Shown: positions 38,629 to 51,351 of the stretch, piece by piece
How positions within the stretch are numbered: the first letter of the stretch is position 1
Layout of the letters: each line of letters begins with the position of its first letter
Assembly: GCA_030704615.1 (NCBI GenBank)
Contig: CM060732.1
Location: 496,001-560,000 of the forward strand
Length of the DNA: 64,000 nt
From: Takakia lepidozioides
Taxonomy: Eukaryota; Plantae; Bryophyta
Direction of reading: 5' to 3'
Translations under genes and position numbers: made by a program
The notes under the pieces: model-generated
Told to the model about the DNA's origin: nothing
The model's input: only the letters and a program-made list of their open reading frames with translations
Database searches by the model: none

Positions 38629-38900
38629 TAGGGAATTCCAAAAATGCCTTGATGTGAAATGCATCACAATTCAAGTGATCGCCCACTAAAAGTGCGCAAT
38701 TCAATTGGATTGCGCACAATTCAATTGAACTGCAAAAACTACCTTGAAAACGATTCAATTGGATTGTGCGCACGCAATTCAATTGAATTGTCATCTCACA
38801 ATTCAATTCAATTGACAATGGTTCAATTGAACTACGAAACTCAAACCTAATTCGCAATTCAATTGAATTGTGGGGATGCAATGCAATTGAATTGTAATCT
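38629..38900 (+). mobile_element. Solo left terminus of the TAGGGAATTCC foldback family
   Basis: TAGGGAATTCCAAAAATGCCTTGATGTGAAATGCATC... nearly identical to 45521, followed by CAATTCAATTG repeats. Confidence 0.8.
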
Positions 38901-39685
38901 ATAACTGTTTAGTGTATAAAATACGTATTCAATTCTGTATATACAATAGGCATATATCCCTATCAAATACATTGTACTGTTTAAAATGCAAGCTGCACTG
39001 CCCGTCTTTTCTTTCTGTTCGTGGCAAGGCGCCCGTGCTCGCCAAAGCTGAAGTTGAGCGAGAACAGCTCGTAAAGCGTTTGGATAGGTGTTGGTGGGCC
39101 TCAAAACGAGAGGATCAAAGAGGTAGAGGAGGAGTAGCAGCAGCTGGAGTAGCAGCGGCGCCTCTCCAAGTTGTTCAGTGTTACTCTTTTCTCTCAACAC
39201 ACTTTAGGGTTTAGGGTGGAGCAATGCGTCTGCTTGAGCGTGGAAGCCTTGGAAAATGGCGAAGGTCTGTGGTGTCCTGGGAGTCGTTGGAAGTGTATTG
39301 GATGTCTCTTAGTATGTTTCACCATGAGCCGGGGCTCTTGTGGCCCTCTGGAGATTATACAGTTTTTTTTCTTTCTTATCTCTTTCCCTCTTTCTGACAA
39401 ATTGCTCCTTTCTCATGTTCCCGTTCTGACCTTGTCACTGGCTGTGCATGAGTGCTTTGGCAACCTTGGCCTGGGTTCCATAGCTTGGGGAATAACCCCA
39501 GAACCAACGCTGGGAGGGTCAGACTTTTTGTTCTGTGCCATCTGAAGGGTATCCTATGACACAAAGGTCAATGCGTGTGTCCATTATGCGCTCATATAGC
39601 AGGGATTGGAAGCTTAAACACCAATACAAGCTTTGGGATTGGTATGTAAGATGTGTTCATTACTCTGACTTTCTGTTCTCACAGG

Positions 39686-41135
39686 AAATTGCAGAGTCAA
39701 GAAGCATGGGTGATCAAGCGTTGGCAGAGCTGAGGGAAAGCAAGGTGAAATTTTCCTCCCTCCCTTGGGATGGCTAGAAAATCCAGAGGAAGATATAAGG
39801 TCTAGCCTTCGCTCAATTTATAGCACCTTTGACTAGACCTTGACATGGTTTGCAATTGGGAGTCTGCGCAGTCACACAAGGTTTTATTATAGCATGGTCA
39901 AGGTTCTCTGGAAACTTTGATGAACGTCAGGTTTCTTTAATTACTTCTGAATAATCCTCTGATTTAGATCATACAGCAACGCATTTATTGTAGTTTGTTG
40001 TTCTGACAAGTTAGAACCCAACTTGTCACAGCACTGAACTTGAGTCTTCCCACTGGCACCAAAAATGTGACATCTGTACTTGAGAGCAAGGGGAGATTAA
40101 TGTGATAAAACAGCAACGTAAGCACCTGTCCTGGAGGTTTGCTTTCGTCCTGCACACAGGTCCTGCATTGCATGCTTTCGTCCTGCATCCTGGAGGTTTG
40201 TTGACAGGAAAATGCAAAGATGGATGCTTGGACCAGGAGAAGGAAGAGCTAAAGCGATCGAATGCTTCCCTTACATCAGAATGCTCACAGGTTACAATGA
40301 CATCTTTTGGTTTGATGTTGGTGTTGGATGTAAGGAGTGAGATGTGGGATTTAGATTGGAACAAGCATCATTGCAGATTGAATGGGGCTAACTAGGGGTC
40401 AATGATGCGTATGGAATGGGAATCAGATGACGAGAGCTAGGGATGAAGCAAAAGCCAACACAGAGCTTGTGAGGAACGAACTACGAACGGTCTGTGCATT
40501 GGTTGAGCGCATAAGTTCCCTCATCATGACATGGGTAAGACATGGGTTGAAGTGCTTGAATGTGGTTGGAGTCATCCTGGTCCATCGGTTTTCTAAATAT
40601 GAAGGCCAATATGTTCTATCTGAGCCAGCCTTTTTCCACCCTCCTTGATGACCTCGTGGATGAGAGGGTGAAATTGTATGCATTATTCTTTATCCATTTT
40701 TCTCTCAGTAGGAGATTGTAATGATTTTCAGATACATTGTCCAGGGTATTCTCACCAAAGAGTGACCCTCGTCAGGAACATGAAGAACACTGTTCCAACA
40801 TCTCTGTTCACCAACTTTCAAAATCTTGAGGCTGAGCCTAAAGCCCTGACCCTCACAAAGGTTGTGTCTCTTCCCTTTTGTTCCGCCAAAGTGGGCGCGG
40901 GGTTATGGCCATAAGACTACAACAAACAACGTCTATGAGTACATTCTTACTTAGTAGTCCCCTCATATGTGGGCCCCAAGCACATCATCTTTTACTGCCA
41001 AGACATTACACTCATAATCACATTGTCTGTCTCATACCTGAATGTTCCTTCAGAGTGAGGGTGAGGTGGCAAGGCTTAAAGAGGCTGGGGAGCAATCAAG
41101 GGAGCACATTGCAGCGCTGCATGCTGCTCGGAAAG
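39686..41135 (+). pseudogene. Fragments of a spliced coiled-coil gene
   Basis: Short AG..GT-bounded segments encoding EIAESRSMGDQALAELRESK, LDQEKEELKRSNASLTSECSQ, MTRARDEAKANTELVRNELRT and SEGEVARLKEAGEQSREHIAAL. Confidence 0.4.
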
Positions 41136-42189
41136 GGTGGCTTTCATATCACACCAAACAAAGGTGCCTGGGGTCTGGTGCTCGGACCTGGACCCTGCTA
41201 ATTGATGATGAGTCAGCAGGGTTGGGGAGAGAGCAGCATGGTCATTTTTGGGGGGTTAGGGTGGTTAAACGTGAAAAAAATAGAGGGAGGAGCAAGGGGA
41301 TGTAGTGAGCAGATGGGGGAGGTGGGGAGAGAGAAAGCATGGTTCAGAATGTACTTATACATGTTTGAACGAAGCATTGTGACCATAGACCATAGTTGCG
41401 TCTAGTTTGGATGGAACAAAAGCAAATACATACTACTTTTGTGATGGGGTCACTCCGGTTTAAGTGTAACTGACTGCGCTGTAATAAAAATCTTGGTCGG
41501 TTTGAATGTGGCTCCTTGGAAAGCCCTTTGCACAAGTATCAACTTGTTCTGTGTCAGCTGCCCAATATTAAATCCCAACAGAGCCAAGGCCAAGGCCAAA
41601 GTTTTAAAGTTGGTGAATACAGGTGCAAGACAACATGAGATATGAGGCTGCCTGCAGAATCATTCACATCATAATATAAAGCAGTTTGTTGTAGAGGGAA
41701 AAAGAATAATGAGATTATGCGTGATCATGTAACTGTAGCTAGACAATGGAGTTGCAGCCAACAGTATCGACTTTGTGACTATAGCGTTCGTCTTGGACTT
41801 CTCTCCAAGTAAGATGAATGGCTTGCTAACACATTTTGCTACGGAGAGTAGTGGTTCGTTTCAAAGTACCTTTAGTTCATTTACTAGATAGCCTATGTGA
41901 AGTTCAGTCACATAAGTCTCTGGGGAGTGTGTGAATGGTACAAAAGCAGTTGGCATCATGGATAACAACCATTTTGACAATAACAAGGTAGTGGATTATT
42001 TAGTACTTTATGTGGAAGCAATGTTGAATGAGTTTGCCACAATGAAATCAATGGCCAAGGCCCTTTCTTTTCATGATGTACAACCGTTGAAAAGATTGCT
42101 ATCAGAAATCCAAGGGTCTCCTTTCAGAGTCCATCATCAACTTAGTATCCAACGCTTCTGTGAAAAGATTTGAGAGTTATTTCCTATTG

Positions 42190-43202
42190 AAGAGAATGGG
42201 ACAAATTGGGGAATGAGAATAGTGCAATCTGCCTTAAGGAGGTCAAATTTGCGGATTCCTCGAAGGAAGGCGGGGAAAGCTTTGAAAAATCATCTCACCT
42301 TACCATTATGAGCGTAGGAGAAGGGCACAGGCAATTCGGAGGATTCAGTATAATGTGACAATGCCTATGGCTCTATGGCACATTGATTGTAAGTATTTTA
42401 TCTCATGCATCTTAATGTTCTTTGAAGATGCACATGCAAGACGTTTGCTTGCATTACATATCGTACAAAATTGTATGCAAACTAAAACATGTATGCAATT
42501 CGTGATGCAGCTTATGACAAATTGGTTTTGTTTGGTCTTCGAGTACATGGTGGCATTGATGGGGCCCTTCATTTTGTTTTATGGGAAAATGTTGCAAGAA
42601 ACAAGAAAGAAAAAACCATTTTCAAATGATATCACAATGCAGTTTCCAAGTTTGGAGCACCTTTATGAATTTGCTCTGATTTCGCGGCAGAGTACTATCT
42701 TATAAAATAACACACTAAAGCCACGCGTTCTGAAACACCCAATCCTTACTTGACTGGGTCTTCCACACACAATCAGGTTAGTGTTGTATACAATTCTATC
42801 TTGCATATCAACTTTATGTTTCTGTCATATTTCTCGGTTCATCTCTATTAATCATTGAAAATTTAGTTGTGTGTGATTTTGTGCATATTTCTAATATTTT
42901 TTGTGGTGTGATCCCCACATTAGAGGATTGAACACTTTTGGCGGCATCTATGGGAGACGGTAATGTTCTACTACAAAATTTGCTTCTAGGCAATGGTCAA
43001 TGATGAGTTATTGGATATGGACGATCCGTGGCAACGAGAATCTTTTATTCACGTATATATGCCCATTGTACAAGGAGCTATTTATGAATACGTGAAGATT
43101 TGGAATGGACATCTTGTTTGTACGATTAATGAAAACGGTCGATATCGTCGATCACATGTTATTGCTCGTTTTTTTCGTGAGTATGAACGTTTGCATGGAT
43201 AA
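42190..43202 (+). pseudogene. Degenerate intron-containing integrase-core DDE transposase (IS3EU-like)
   Basis: NWGMRIVQSALRR; RIQYNVTMPMALWHID|gt; TGSSTHNQ|gt...ag|RIEHFWRHL; YVKIWNGH. These match the YxVxxPxxLWHxD...GxSxHNQRIERxW...WNxH pattern. Confidence 0.7.
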
Positions 43203-45289
43203 GCTCATGGTTTTATCTTGTTTGTACTTTCATTGTTAAGCTATAATCTACATTGGAATGTTATTCTACTGTGGTGATGTGTTTGATCATACAGAAGGAC
43301 CAACCACCTTATTGATGATCCATGATTTATTGAAGACTCCCAACACATTGGTAGCCAAGACTTGGGGCCTCGTGGGAATCAAAGGTGGCGATGTGCAGCT
43401 GGTTTGCATGATCTTCCCACCAAAGGAGCTGAACTCATTCCTGACATGATTTGTGTCCATGCACAAGCTTATGAAATTGGAAAGGTTGGAGGATTTGATC
43501 TTTTGTTTTCATCTCCACTACTACATATCTCGATATTGTGACTTGGCAATGCAAGAACATAAATTTTTTGATCAATTGGACCTCATTGGTAATATTGTGT
43601 GGAGTACGGAAGCTCTCCATTGTTTAATTACACAAGCTCTTGTATGTATGAGATTGTGATTAAGTGAACAAGTGGGACAATCACATTCAAAGAATATTGC
43701 TTTATGTAATGTACTTTAGGGATTTTGTTTAAATATATCCTTTCATCTTCGGTTACTTTTCGACAAAGTGAATCCACACCATTTATTATTGTTTGGTATC
43801 ATATGGGGCTCAAATCCTGCTATATTGTCATGTTAATGGTTTATATGAACGAGGGTTAGTTTTCTTATATAAAAAGAGTGGTGGTTTGAGCTGACTTGTA
43901 TGGGCTACCTCACGTACATCCAAAGGGTGTGTACACTACAAGCATTCGTGTCTTTTCCGAATCGACTGCGTGTCCGAAACCACTGTGGGAACAACTTCGC
44001 AGTCCACGTTACTACTGGAGAGTCGCAATGGACAAGGCAGGCCCACAGGGGCATTTCAGATGGCGGTAGAAGTTGGGTCAATGCCTTCGGAGTCGTAGCA
44101 ATAATCGCGGCTATTTAATTCAATTATGTAAATAGCCAATATTTAAAAAACGGCAATTACAAGTGGTTTTAAGCACTGGAGAAATGACTCGAAAACCAAA
44201 ATCCGTATTCTTAATCAATTCAGTTTTATATTTTTTTAATGGGGGTGAATATTTAGTCGTTTGTACCACTCCTTTAACAACTAGGCATTCATTGCACACC
44301 TTATTCAAAGATGCAATTTCCGTGAGTGCTATACGTGGCTCATGACGTGGAATATTTCAATATATTTTAGCTCTTTGTGCGCCTCATAGACATTAGGGTT
44401 TAGCCTCTCGTTGTCCACCAACAACGACACGTTAGTTCCGGAAATTATCCCACTCATGAACATCAACTGACTCCCTTTACGCAAGGGGCCAGTCTCCTGG
44501 CAAGAACTTTTGGGAGTTTTCCCAAAAAGTGCGCTATACCCTCCATTGCTAAGCTGTAACTTCTTACCCCCTTACCTCCAGCTGGATGAACCGTTCTGAA
44601 CCGTTCCATTCCATCCCTACCTACTACATGAAGGTCCTCAGAAAATTGTAGCACTTTTGACCGTTCCATTTCCTCTTTTTTTTTGTTCATGGTTTCAACT
44701 TGGCCAAGTTGAAACCATGAACAAAAAAAGAGAGGAAATTTTGCTTTGACCATGCAAGTTTGGTGATTTTACAATTTTTCTTGAAAAAATGGCCTCCAGA
44801 ATCCGGATAAGGGGCAACCAACAGGTCATCTCCCATAATCTCAGACCAAAATGCCAAAAATATGGGGGGGCTGCTTTGTATGTGAAATCTGAGGGGTAAA
44901 TTATCTTGTTTTGGCTTCTTTCCCAAGTACACCCATGAGGTGACATTTGTTTTCCAATTCCTCTGGTAAGTAAGTGCATAGTAATATTGCATGGTGCCTT
45001 GTCCAAATCTAACACTAGATTTCATGAAACCCTGGCACTTTGCAAAATTCTAGGGAGTAGAGCTTTTATGATTTTTTGCTGCTGTAAATTCTCATATGTG
45101 CTCCTCTCTGACATCTACAATTTCATCTTCAAGGTTCACTTCCATCATTATCATCCACGGGAATTGGAGCTTGGCAAGTAACGCGACCCGAATCCGTCGT
45201 CCTTCAGGGGTTCATTGTCGGATGTAAAAGGATCTAAGGGTTGAAGACTAAGTAGGCCCTTCGCTAAAATTCATCTCAGGGTTGGGAGA

Positions 45290-45520
45290 GTGATGGAAGC
45301 TTTGGAGAGATGTGAGCAAGTGATGCGGGAAGGACTAAGACCAAAGCTGGAATTGTACCAGATGTTGCTGTGAGCACTGCTATAGTTGGACATGCTATAA
45401 TTAGACATGTATGCCAAATGTGGGAACATCAAGGATGCAAAGGGATTGTTTGACCATATGGCTCAACGAGATGTGGTGTCATGGAAGGCAATGATCGCAG
45501 GATGCACAACAAGGGCCGTG
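45290..45520 (+). pseudogene. PLS-PPR fragment truncated by a TIR
   Basis: [33 protein letters not shown], highly similar to the 56-58 kb PPRs, ending at the TAGGG terminus. Confidence 0.8.
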
Positions 45521-46731
45521 TAGGGAATTCCAAAAAGACCTTGATGTGAAATGCATCGCAATTCACTTGATCACCCCCCTAAAAGTGCGCAATTCAATTG
45601 AACTGCTAAAACTAGCTTGAAAACAACCCTAATTTGCAATTCAATTGAATTGCTAGTTGCCAATTCAATTGAATTGTAATCTCTAATTTTTAACTTGTTT
45701 ATGTATGTATGTATGTATGTATGTATATATATATGTTTAAATTATATATATGCACATACAAAAGTATAAGCTAAAAATACATGTTGCCCGTCTATTCTTG
45801 CTGTCCGTCTGTCAATCCTTTGCCCGTGGTAAGGCTTGAGCCCGAGATGAGCCTAAGGGAGAGCGAAAGAGGGAGAGAGAGAGAGGAAGTCACGAAGTGC
45901 TTACATTAAAAGCGGGATTGTCTCTCTTTGTAGATGTTGGTGCCAATATATGGCTATGTACATATACCAAACATGATACCAATGTAAGAGTATCAAGGTG
46001 TAAGAGTTTGATATATTAAACTTATATGGAACACACATCCCAACTTCAACATGATACCTTTGTAAGGGTATCGAAACAATATTATTTTTGATAATTCTCA
46101 AGATGAACATATTTTTTGTTTTCTTTGTCCTGGGCCAGATACTAGTGTTAGGGGACTACATGATGACGTAGGGGAAGCCTTTCATCAATTGTCATGTTTG
46201 ATTTTTTCTGTTTCTTTCGGAGCCAGCCATGTTTCTTTTGCCAGTGAATCGCAGGAAGCTGCTGATCTCTCTCCGTCTCTGGCTCTCCTTTCTCGCAGAG
46301 GCTGAGGGTGGCTTCACAACTCCACAATTTCCTCAAGGGCACAAGAAAGAGGGCCAGCAAGAATAGACGGGCAACATGTATTTTTAGCTTATACTCTTAT
46401 ATGTGTATAAGTATAATTTGAATATATATATATATATATAATATACAGAAATAAGTTAAAAAATATAGATTACAATTCAATTGAATTGTAGTCAGCAATT
46501 CAATTGAATTGCTAGGAATTGCCAACTAGCAATTCAATCAAATTGCCAATTCGCAATTCAATTGAATCGTGTGCCGACAATTCAATTGAATTGCAAATTA
46601 GGGTTGTTTTCAAGCTTGTTTTAGCAGTTCAATTGAATTGCCCTTACAATTCAATTCAATTGCGCACTTTTAGGGGGGTGATCAAGTGAATTGCGATGCA
46701 TTTCACATCAAGGCCTTTTTGGAATTCCCTA
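45521..46731. mobile_element. Foldback/MITE with long (~280-370 bp) inverted arms and hAT-like TAGGG termini
   Basis: TAGGGAATTCC...GGAATTCCCTA. Arms include CAATTCAATTGAATTG repeats, (TA)n/(TATG)n and CTAAAAATACATGTTGCCCGTCTATTCTTGCTG (45771) with its reverse complement (46356). No clean TSD. Confidence 0.85.
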
Positions 46732-48667
46732 CCCCGCGCCCTTCTGCCCACCACTGTCGCCACCACAACTATTTCCCAACTAATTGTGATCTCCCAGCCC
46801 CGCCTCATACCCTCCCTACCCCGCACGCCATGTGGCAGCATCTCCGTTGATTTGAAACGGACTCATGATCCCCTAGCCACATTGTGGATGGTGCGCGTGG
46901 ATGATGCACAAAAGGAGAGGTGGTGGATATTCTCTAGATTTGGTGGGTCCCACTATATGTGGAGGATATCCTCTTCCTCCTCCTTGTTGCATGTTATGCA
47001 TGCTAGCACGCATCATTTTCATCCATATGACCGTCATTGCTCGAGTGTCCACCCCATGTTCCAACACCTCCGATGTTTGTCCTTCCACCTCGTCATGTTG
47101 TTGAAGTATCCGTACTGGCTTTGCCAATCCATTGGACGCAACAACATCAACTCCATGTACAACTGTTTACCATTTCTGGAAGCTCAATGAGCTGGTTTAC
47201 AAAGGCACCTACCAATTACAGTTCAATTAAGAGGTTGTCATTAAGCTGCCAAGCTATACGGGATATGGCCCTTTATGAGTGTTTTGCCCCACAATGTGCA
47301 ATGCACCTCCTGGGCCTTATGTAGGAAATGCAAGTTCGTGCAAGAGCTCAACTCTCCGTAATTATTTTCTATTTGCACAACATGCCTATGTCTAGGCCAC
47401 AAACGGTTGATGTGATACCCTTTGACAAATTTATTGCATCTTGTTATCGACCACCTTAACCTAGACGGAAAATCCTCCCAGCCGTCTTCCACTAGTATGC
47501 TAGGATCGTAGTATATTTCCCACTTCAAGTCATGCCTTGACCCTTTAACCTTTTTAGCAGACGGTCCATAATCATCATGGTCATCTCTTCCACGACGCTC
47601 ATCGTCGTGTCCCTCCGCCATTTTGTAGCACTTGGAGCAGAGAAAACGAGGTTTATTACGAACTATACAACAGCTAAACACTAAGCGATGTAGAAATGGC
47701 TAACTCCGGGTTGGGCGAAACGGAGAATACCCTAAACCAACTACAATGGTGTCCTCCGGTGTTGGACCGGTGTATAGGTCTGGGACGGGTATCAACTAGG
47801 GTAAGGGTAATGGTATGAAGGATCATATCAGGCGGGTACGTGCAAGGGCAAGACCCGGCAATACCCTGGTGGGGCAGGGTACATTGACTTCGAAAACCCT
47901 AGCGCAAACCAGACCAGTCTGGTCTTCTTCCTCGCGCTGCCATTCCAATAGCATGCATGCGCCGGCTGAGGGAGAGGATGCAGGGATAGTTTTCATTAGG
48001 GATACTGAGTACATGGAGCGTTTTCAAGATGGCACTTCAATGAGGATGGGAGTGGAGGCAGATTTGGCTGGGAGACATTTTTGCATGGCTACGCCTTGTG
48101 AATGGTTGTGGAAGTTATTGTAAACCACTAGTGCAGCTGATACCAGACACATATCAGGCTGGCATGACTTTTAAATTTTTGTTTTATACCATACCAATCA
48201 GATTTTCACGTTGATACCATACCATATATCATATCATGCTGTCAAATTTACACGTCATTTGACACCAGTAACATACTGGCTTGAATAATTCAACTTTAAC
48301 CCAATACCTTTACCCCAGTGGTATCAAAAAATCATGATACCAATCCCCAAGTAGCACATCCACGGCCTGTCTAATGCCCGTACGTTCTACCCAAAATACA
48401 TTTTAAAAGCGAATTTTCTATAATGAAATGATTGTGGAAGCCAGAGGAGGGCTTTTGGATTCTCCAACGACTTCACAGAAATCGCGGCAAAAACTACCCC
48501 CCACCCAGCCAATGGCCTGCAACATTTCAAGCCCACTAAGTTGTGTGGAGAGCAAATGAGAGGAGAATGAGCCTCCTTTGCCTTATGCCCCTCCACCCCC
48601 CCCACCGCCCCCAACCCCTCATTCCTCAGGGCACGCAGTCATCATGACAGGGACCACCTATAAATAA

Positions 48668-49030
48668 GTCGACCGCCTAATATTGGCAGTCGCTTCATTT
48701 TAAAAATAAAAAAATACAAGCGGCCGCCAATATTGGCAATCGCTTGAATTTTAAGAAATATATATTTGTTGAGTTTTTAATTTCCAAGCGACCGTCAATA
48801 TTGGCGGTCGTTCGTATTTTTTTTAATTTTCAAGCGACTGGCGGTGTTAAAAAAATTACAAAACAAAATCGACCGCCAATAATGGCGGTTGCACATATTA
48901 AAATATATAGTATAAAATATGTGTGACCGCCCATATTGGTCGCACGGGATTACTAAAACAAAAAATGCGTGCAACCAGAAAGTAAAGGTCGTTCTGGAGG
49001 GCCTAAGTGGCTATTGGCGGTCGCACGAGA
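48668..49030. repeat. Cluster of ~24-bp palindromes GCGACCGCCAATATTGGCGGTCGC (degenerate)
   Basis: Copies at ~48668, 48720, 48788, 48869 and 48923, plus half-sites at 48834 and 49013. Confidence 0.75.
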
Positions 49031-50319
49031 TCAACACACAAGTATTACTTCGCTATAGCAATGTAAATAGGTCCACAAAATATTGCTGCTGGATGGCTAA
49101 AACTGGAGCACCATTCAATTCATTTCGGTTCGACGACGGGACGAAGAAGATCCCAATCTTGATGTTCTGATGGGGTTGAAATCTGAGTCGCCCTCCACTT
49201 GACCACCATTGCCATGATCGGTGCTTGAATCATCCTCCCTATCCAACCTCTCATCTCCAGGCCTTTAAATGTGCAAGCGACCTCGAACTACATTTAGTTC
49301 TCTCTGAGGTCGATTCTCACTCCGGTGTTGAATACTATCTACGGTATCTGGTCTGTTTGTGGGGCGATCGACTACAAAACGTTGGACTGTTCTCTGACGT
49401 TTATTGAGTTGGGGCGCATTCGAAGGTGGTCTCGAAGGAGGTCTCGAATGAGGTCTCGGAGGGGGGTATACCTGAGATGGACCGGCATTAGAAGGAACCA
49501 CGGTTTAGGTGGGCAGGACGTCGGTTAAGGTGGAATAATAGTGGCTGGTTGTCGTCATCTGATGGTTCAACTTCCGCATCTGCTAAAGTACATGCAGCGG
49601 CAGAATGTTGTATGCACAGATCGACCCTGTTGTTCCTTAGTGCCCGCTGAATTGATGGGGAGTTGGATTAGTTTTGGGATTATGGTGGAGCTGGTCGTAT
49701 CGAGGGTGGCATGTTCCTGGCCCGTCAACTGTAATGCATTCGGCATCATCGCTTGTACGAACAGGGTTGTGTACGTTGCTCGGTCCTGGTACCAGCTAGT
49801 TGATCATCCCTGAGCTCCATTGGGCCACTGGTGGTGGTTTCAGCGGTCCGAGGGGATGGTATTACGAGCATAGGCTTGTGTTAGTTTGTCAAGGGTACGG
49901 GGTTTTTTGGAGGGGGTTTCGCGTAGATACCGGTCAACAAGCCAGCAGACCTATGTGGCAAAATCTTGCCTTGGAGGTTGTAACTCATTTGTGTGGGGTA
50001 TGGAGATAGAATATTTTTTCCAGAGTCAGGCTAGCTTGTCATTGGAAATTAATCCGACATATTTACCATTAAGGGTGTAGATGTTGGACGCTAAGTGTGG
50101 CTAGGGCATATAATGGGCGAGCTGTGTTTAATATCTTTGTCAGGGTTGCATTCTGTGATATATATGTGAATGTGACGAGCATCTATCAGCTGGGTTTGGG
50201 ATATATGGTGTTGATGAGTGTGTGCGAGATAATTGGTGTTGGTTGTTATGTGGAATTTGGTTAGAAGGTAAATGTTATGGGCAGGTCCACAATCTTCATG
50301 TGACCTGAAGAGGTCATCT

Positions 50320-50460
50320 TCACTTTGCCATGTATTGTCTTCTGTGGGGAAGCCAGCCCATCTACATAGGTAATTAGGTATCAACACATGTAGCTCCGAA
50401 GGAGTCAATTGAGGTTTAAGTTTTTATGCCGACTATCGGTTCGATGATGAAGGCTTCAGG
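50320..50460 (-). pseudogene. Chromodomain relic (TE-derived)
   Basis: EAFIIEPIVG...YLCRWAGFPTEDNTWQSEDDL, frameshifted, preceded by poly-Pro. Confidence 0.65.
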
Positions 50461-50629
50461 ATGGTCAAGATTGGTGGGGTGGGGGTTAAGTGGGGGGGGG
50501 GGGGGGGGATCCGAGTATGTAGGGTCAAGGGGGATGGGCCGGAGTTGTGTTAGTTCTGCCTCGGGTGATGGGGGAGGTGGGGTAGGTGGGGGGGGGGGGG
50601 GAGGTGCCTGGTGGGGTGGGGTGAATGCA

Positions 50630-51351
50630 GGGTTGACTGGACCAAAATGGACGTTACCAGCACAGTATTAGATGACTGTAATTGATGGTGTCATCAATTG
50701 AAATTGAATTAACTCATTAAAACCAGCAGATATATATGTCATTGGATTCCTAGCTTCAATACGCACCCATAGCAACTCTCCAATCATGAATCCGATAAGA
50801 AATGACTCCGTTATGGACTTTTGAACACCGTCATTGTGGACTGTTACCGCAATGAATGGAATTACAATGGACTCAAGTTCTCCTATGTGCCATTGGTGAA
50901 TTCCATTGAAATTTGGACATAAGGTGGCCATTTTGGTCCACATCATAGGTATGTATTTGAAGTGGCAAAATCATTTGTCATTTGACTCATATGGACTAAT
51001 ATATGTCAAGAAAATAGGCGTTTTTTGAAAAGTTCATAGCTCATCTTGTTTTTTGGATTTTGGGTGTCATGTTTTTTCTAGAAGTATAAAAACCTATAAT
51101 CTTCAATGGTTAGGTGTCATATTGAAATGTTTTTGTAAACACTAATTTTTAGTTTTTCATAATTTCTCTGAATAATAGACTAAAATATTTAATGAATTAT
51201 ATCTTTAATATTTGGGGTAGGACTCTTTACTAAATATGTTCAGTATACCATTATCTATCATTAAAAAAAATTTGGGATAGTATCATCAACTTTTGTTTTT
51301 GGTCATGGACTTTCATGGAGCAGGATCTGCCGTTTTTGGTCCACTCAACCC
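50630..51351. mobile_element. AT-rich MITE (~720 bp)
   Basis: TIRs GGGTTGACTGGACCAAAA / TTTTGGTCCACTCAACCC, flanked on both sides by TGCA (either a 4-bp TSD or part of the TIR). Confidence 0.8.

Noticed and set aside
47241-47681. hAT BED-finger transposase N-terminus
   Set aside because: Only vague similarity, with incomplete Zn ligands and no catalytic core.
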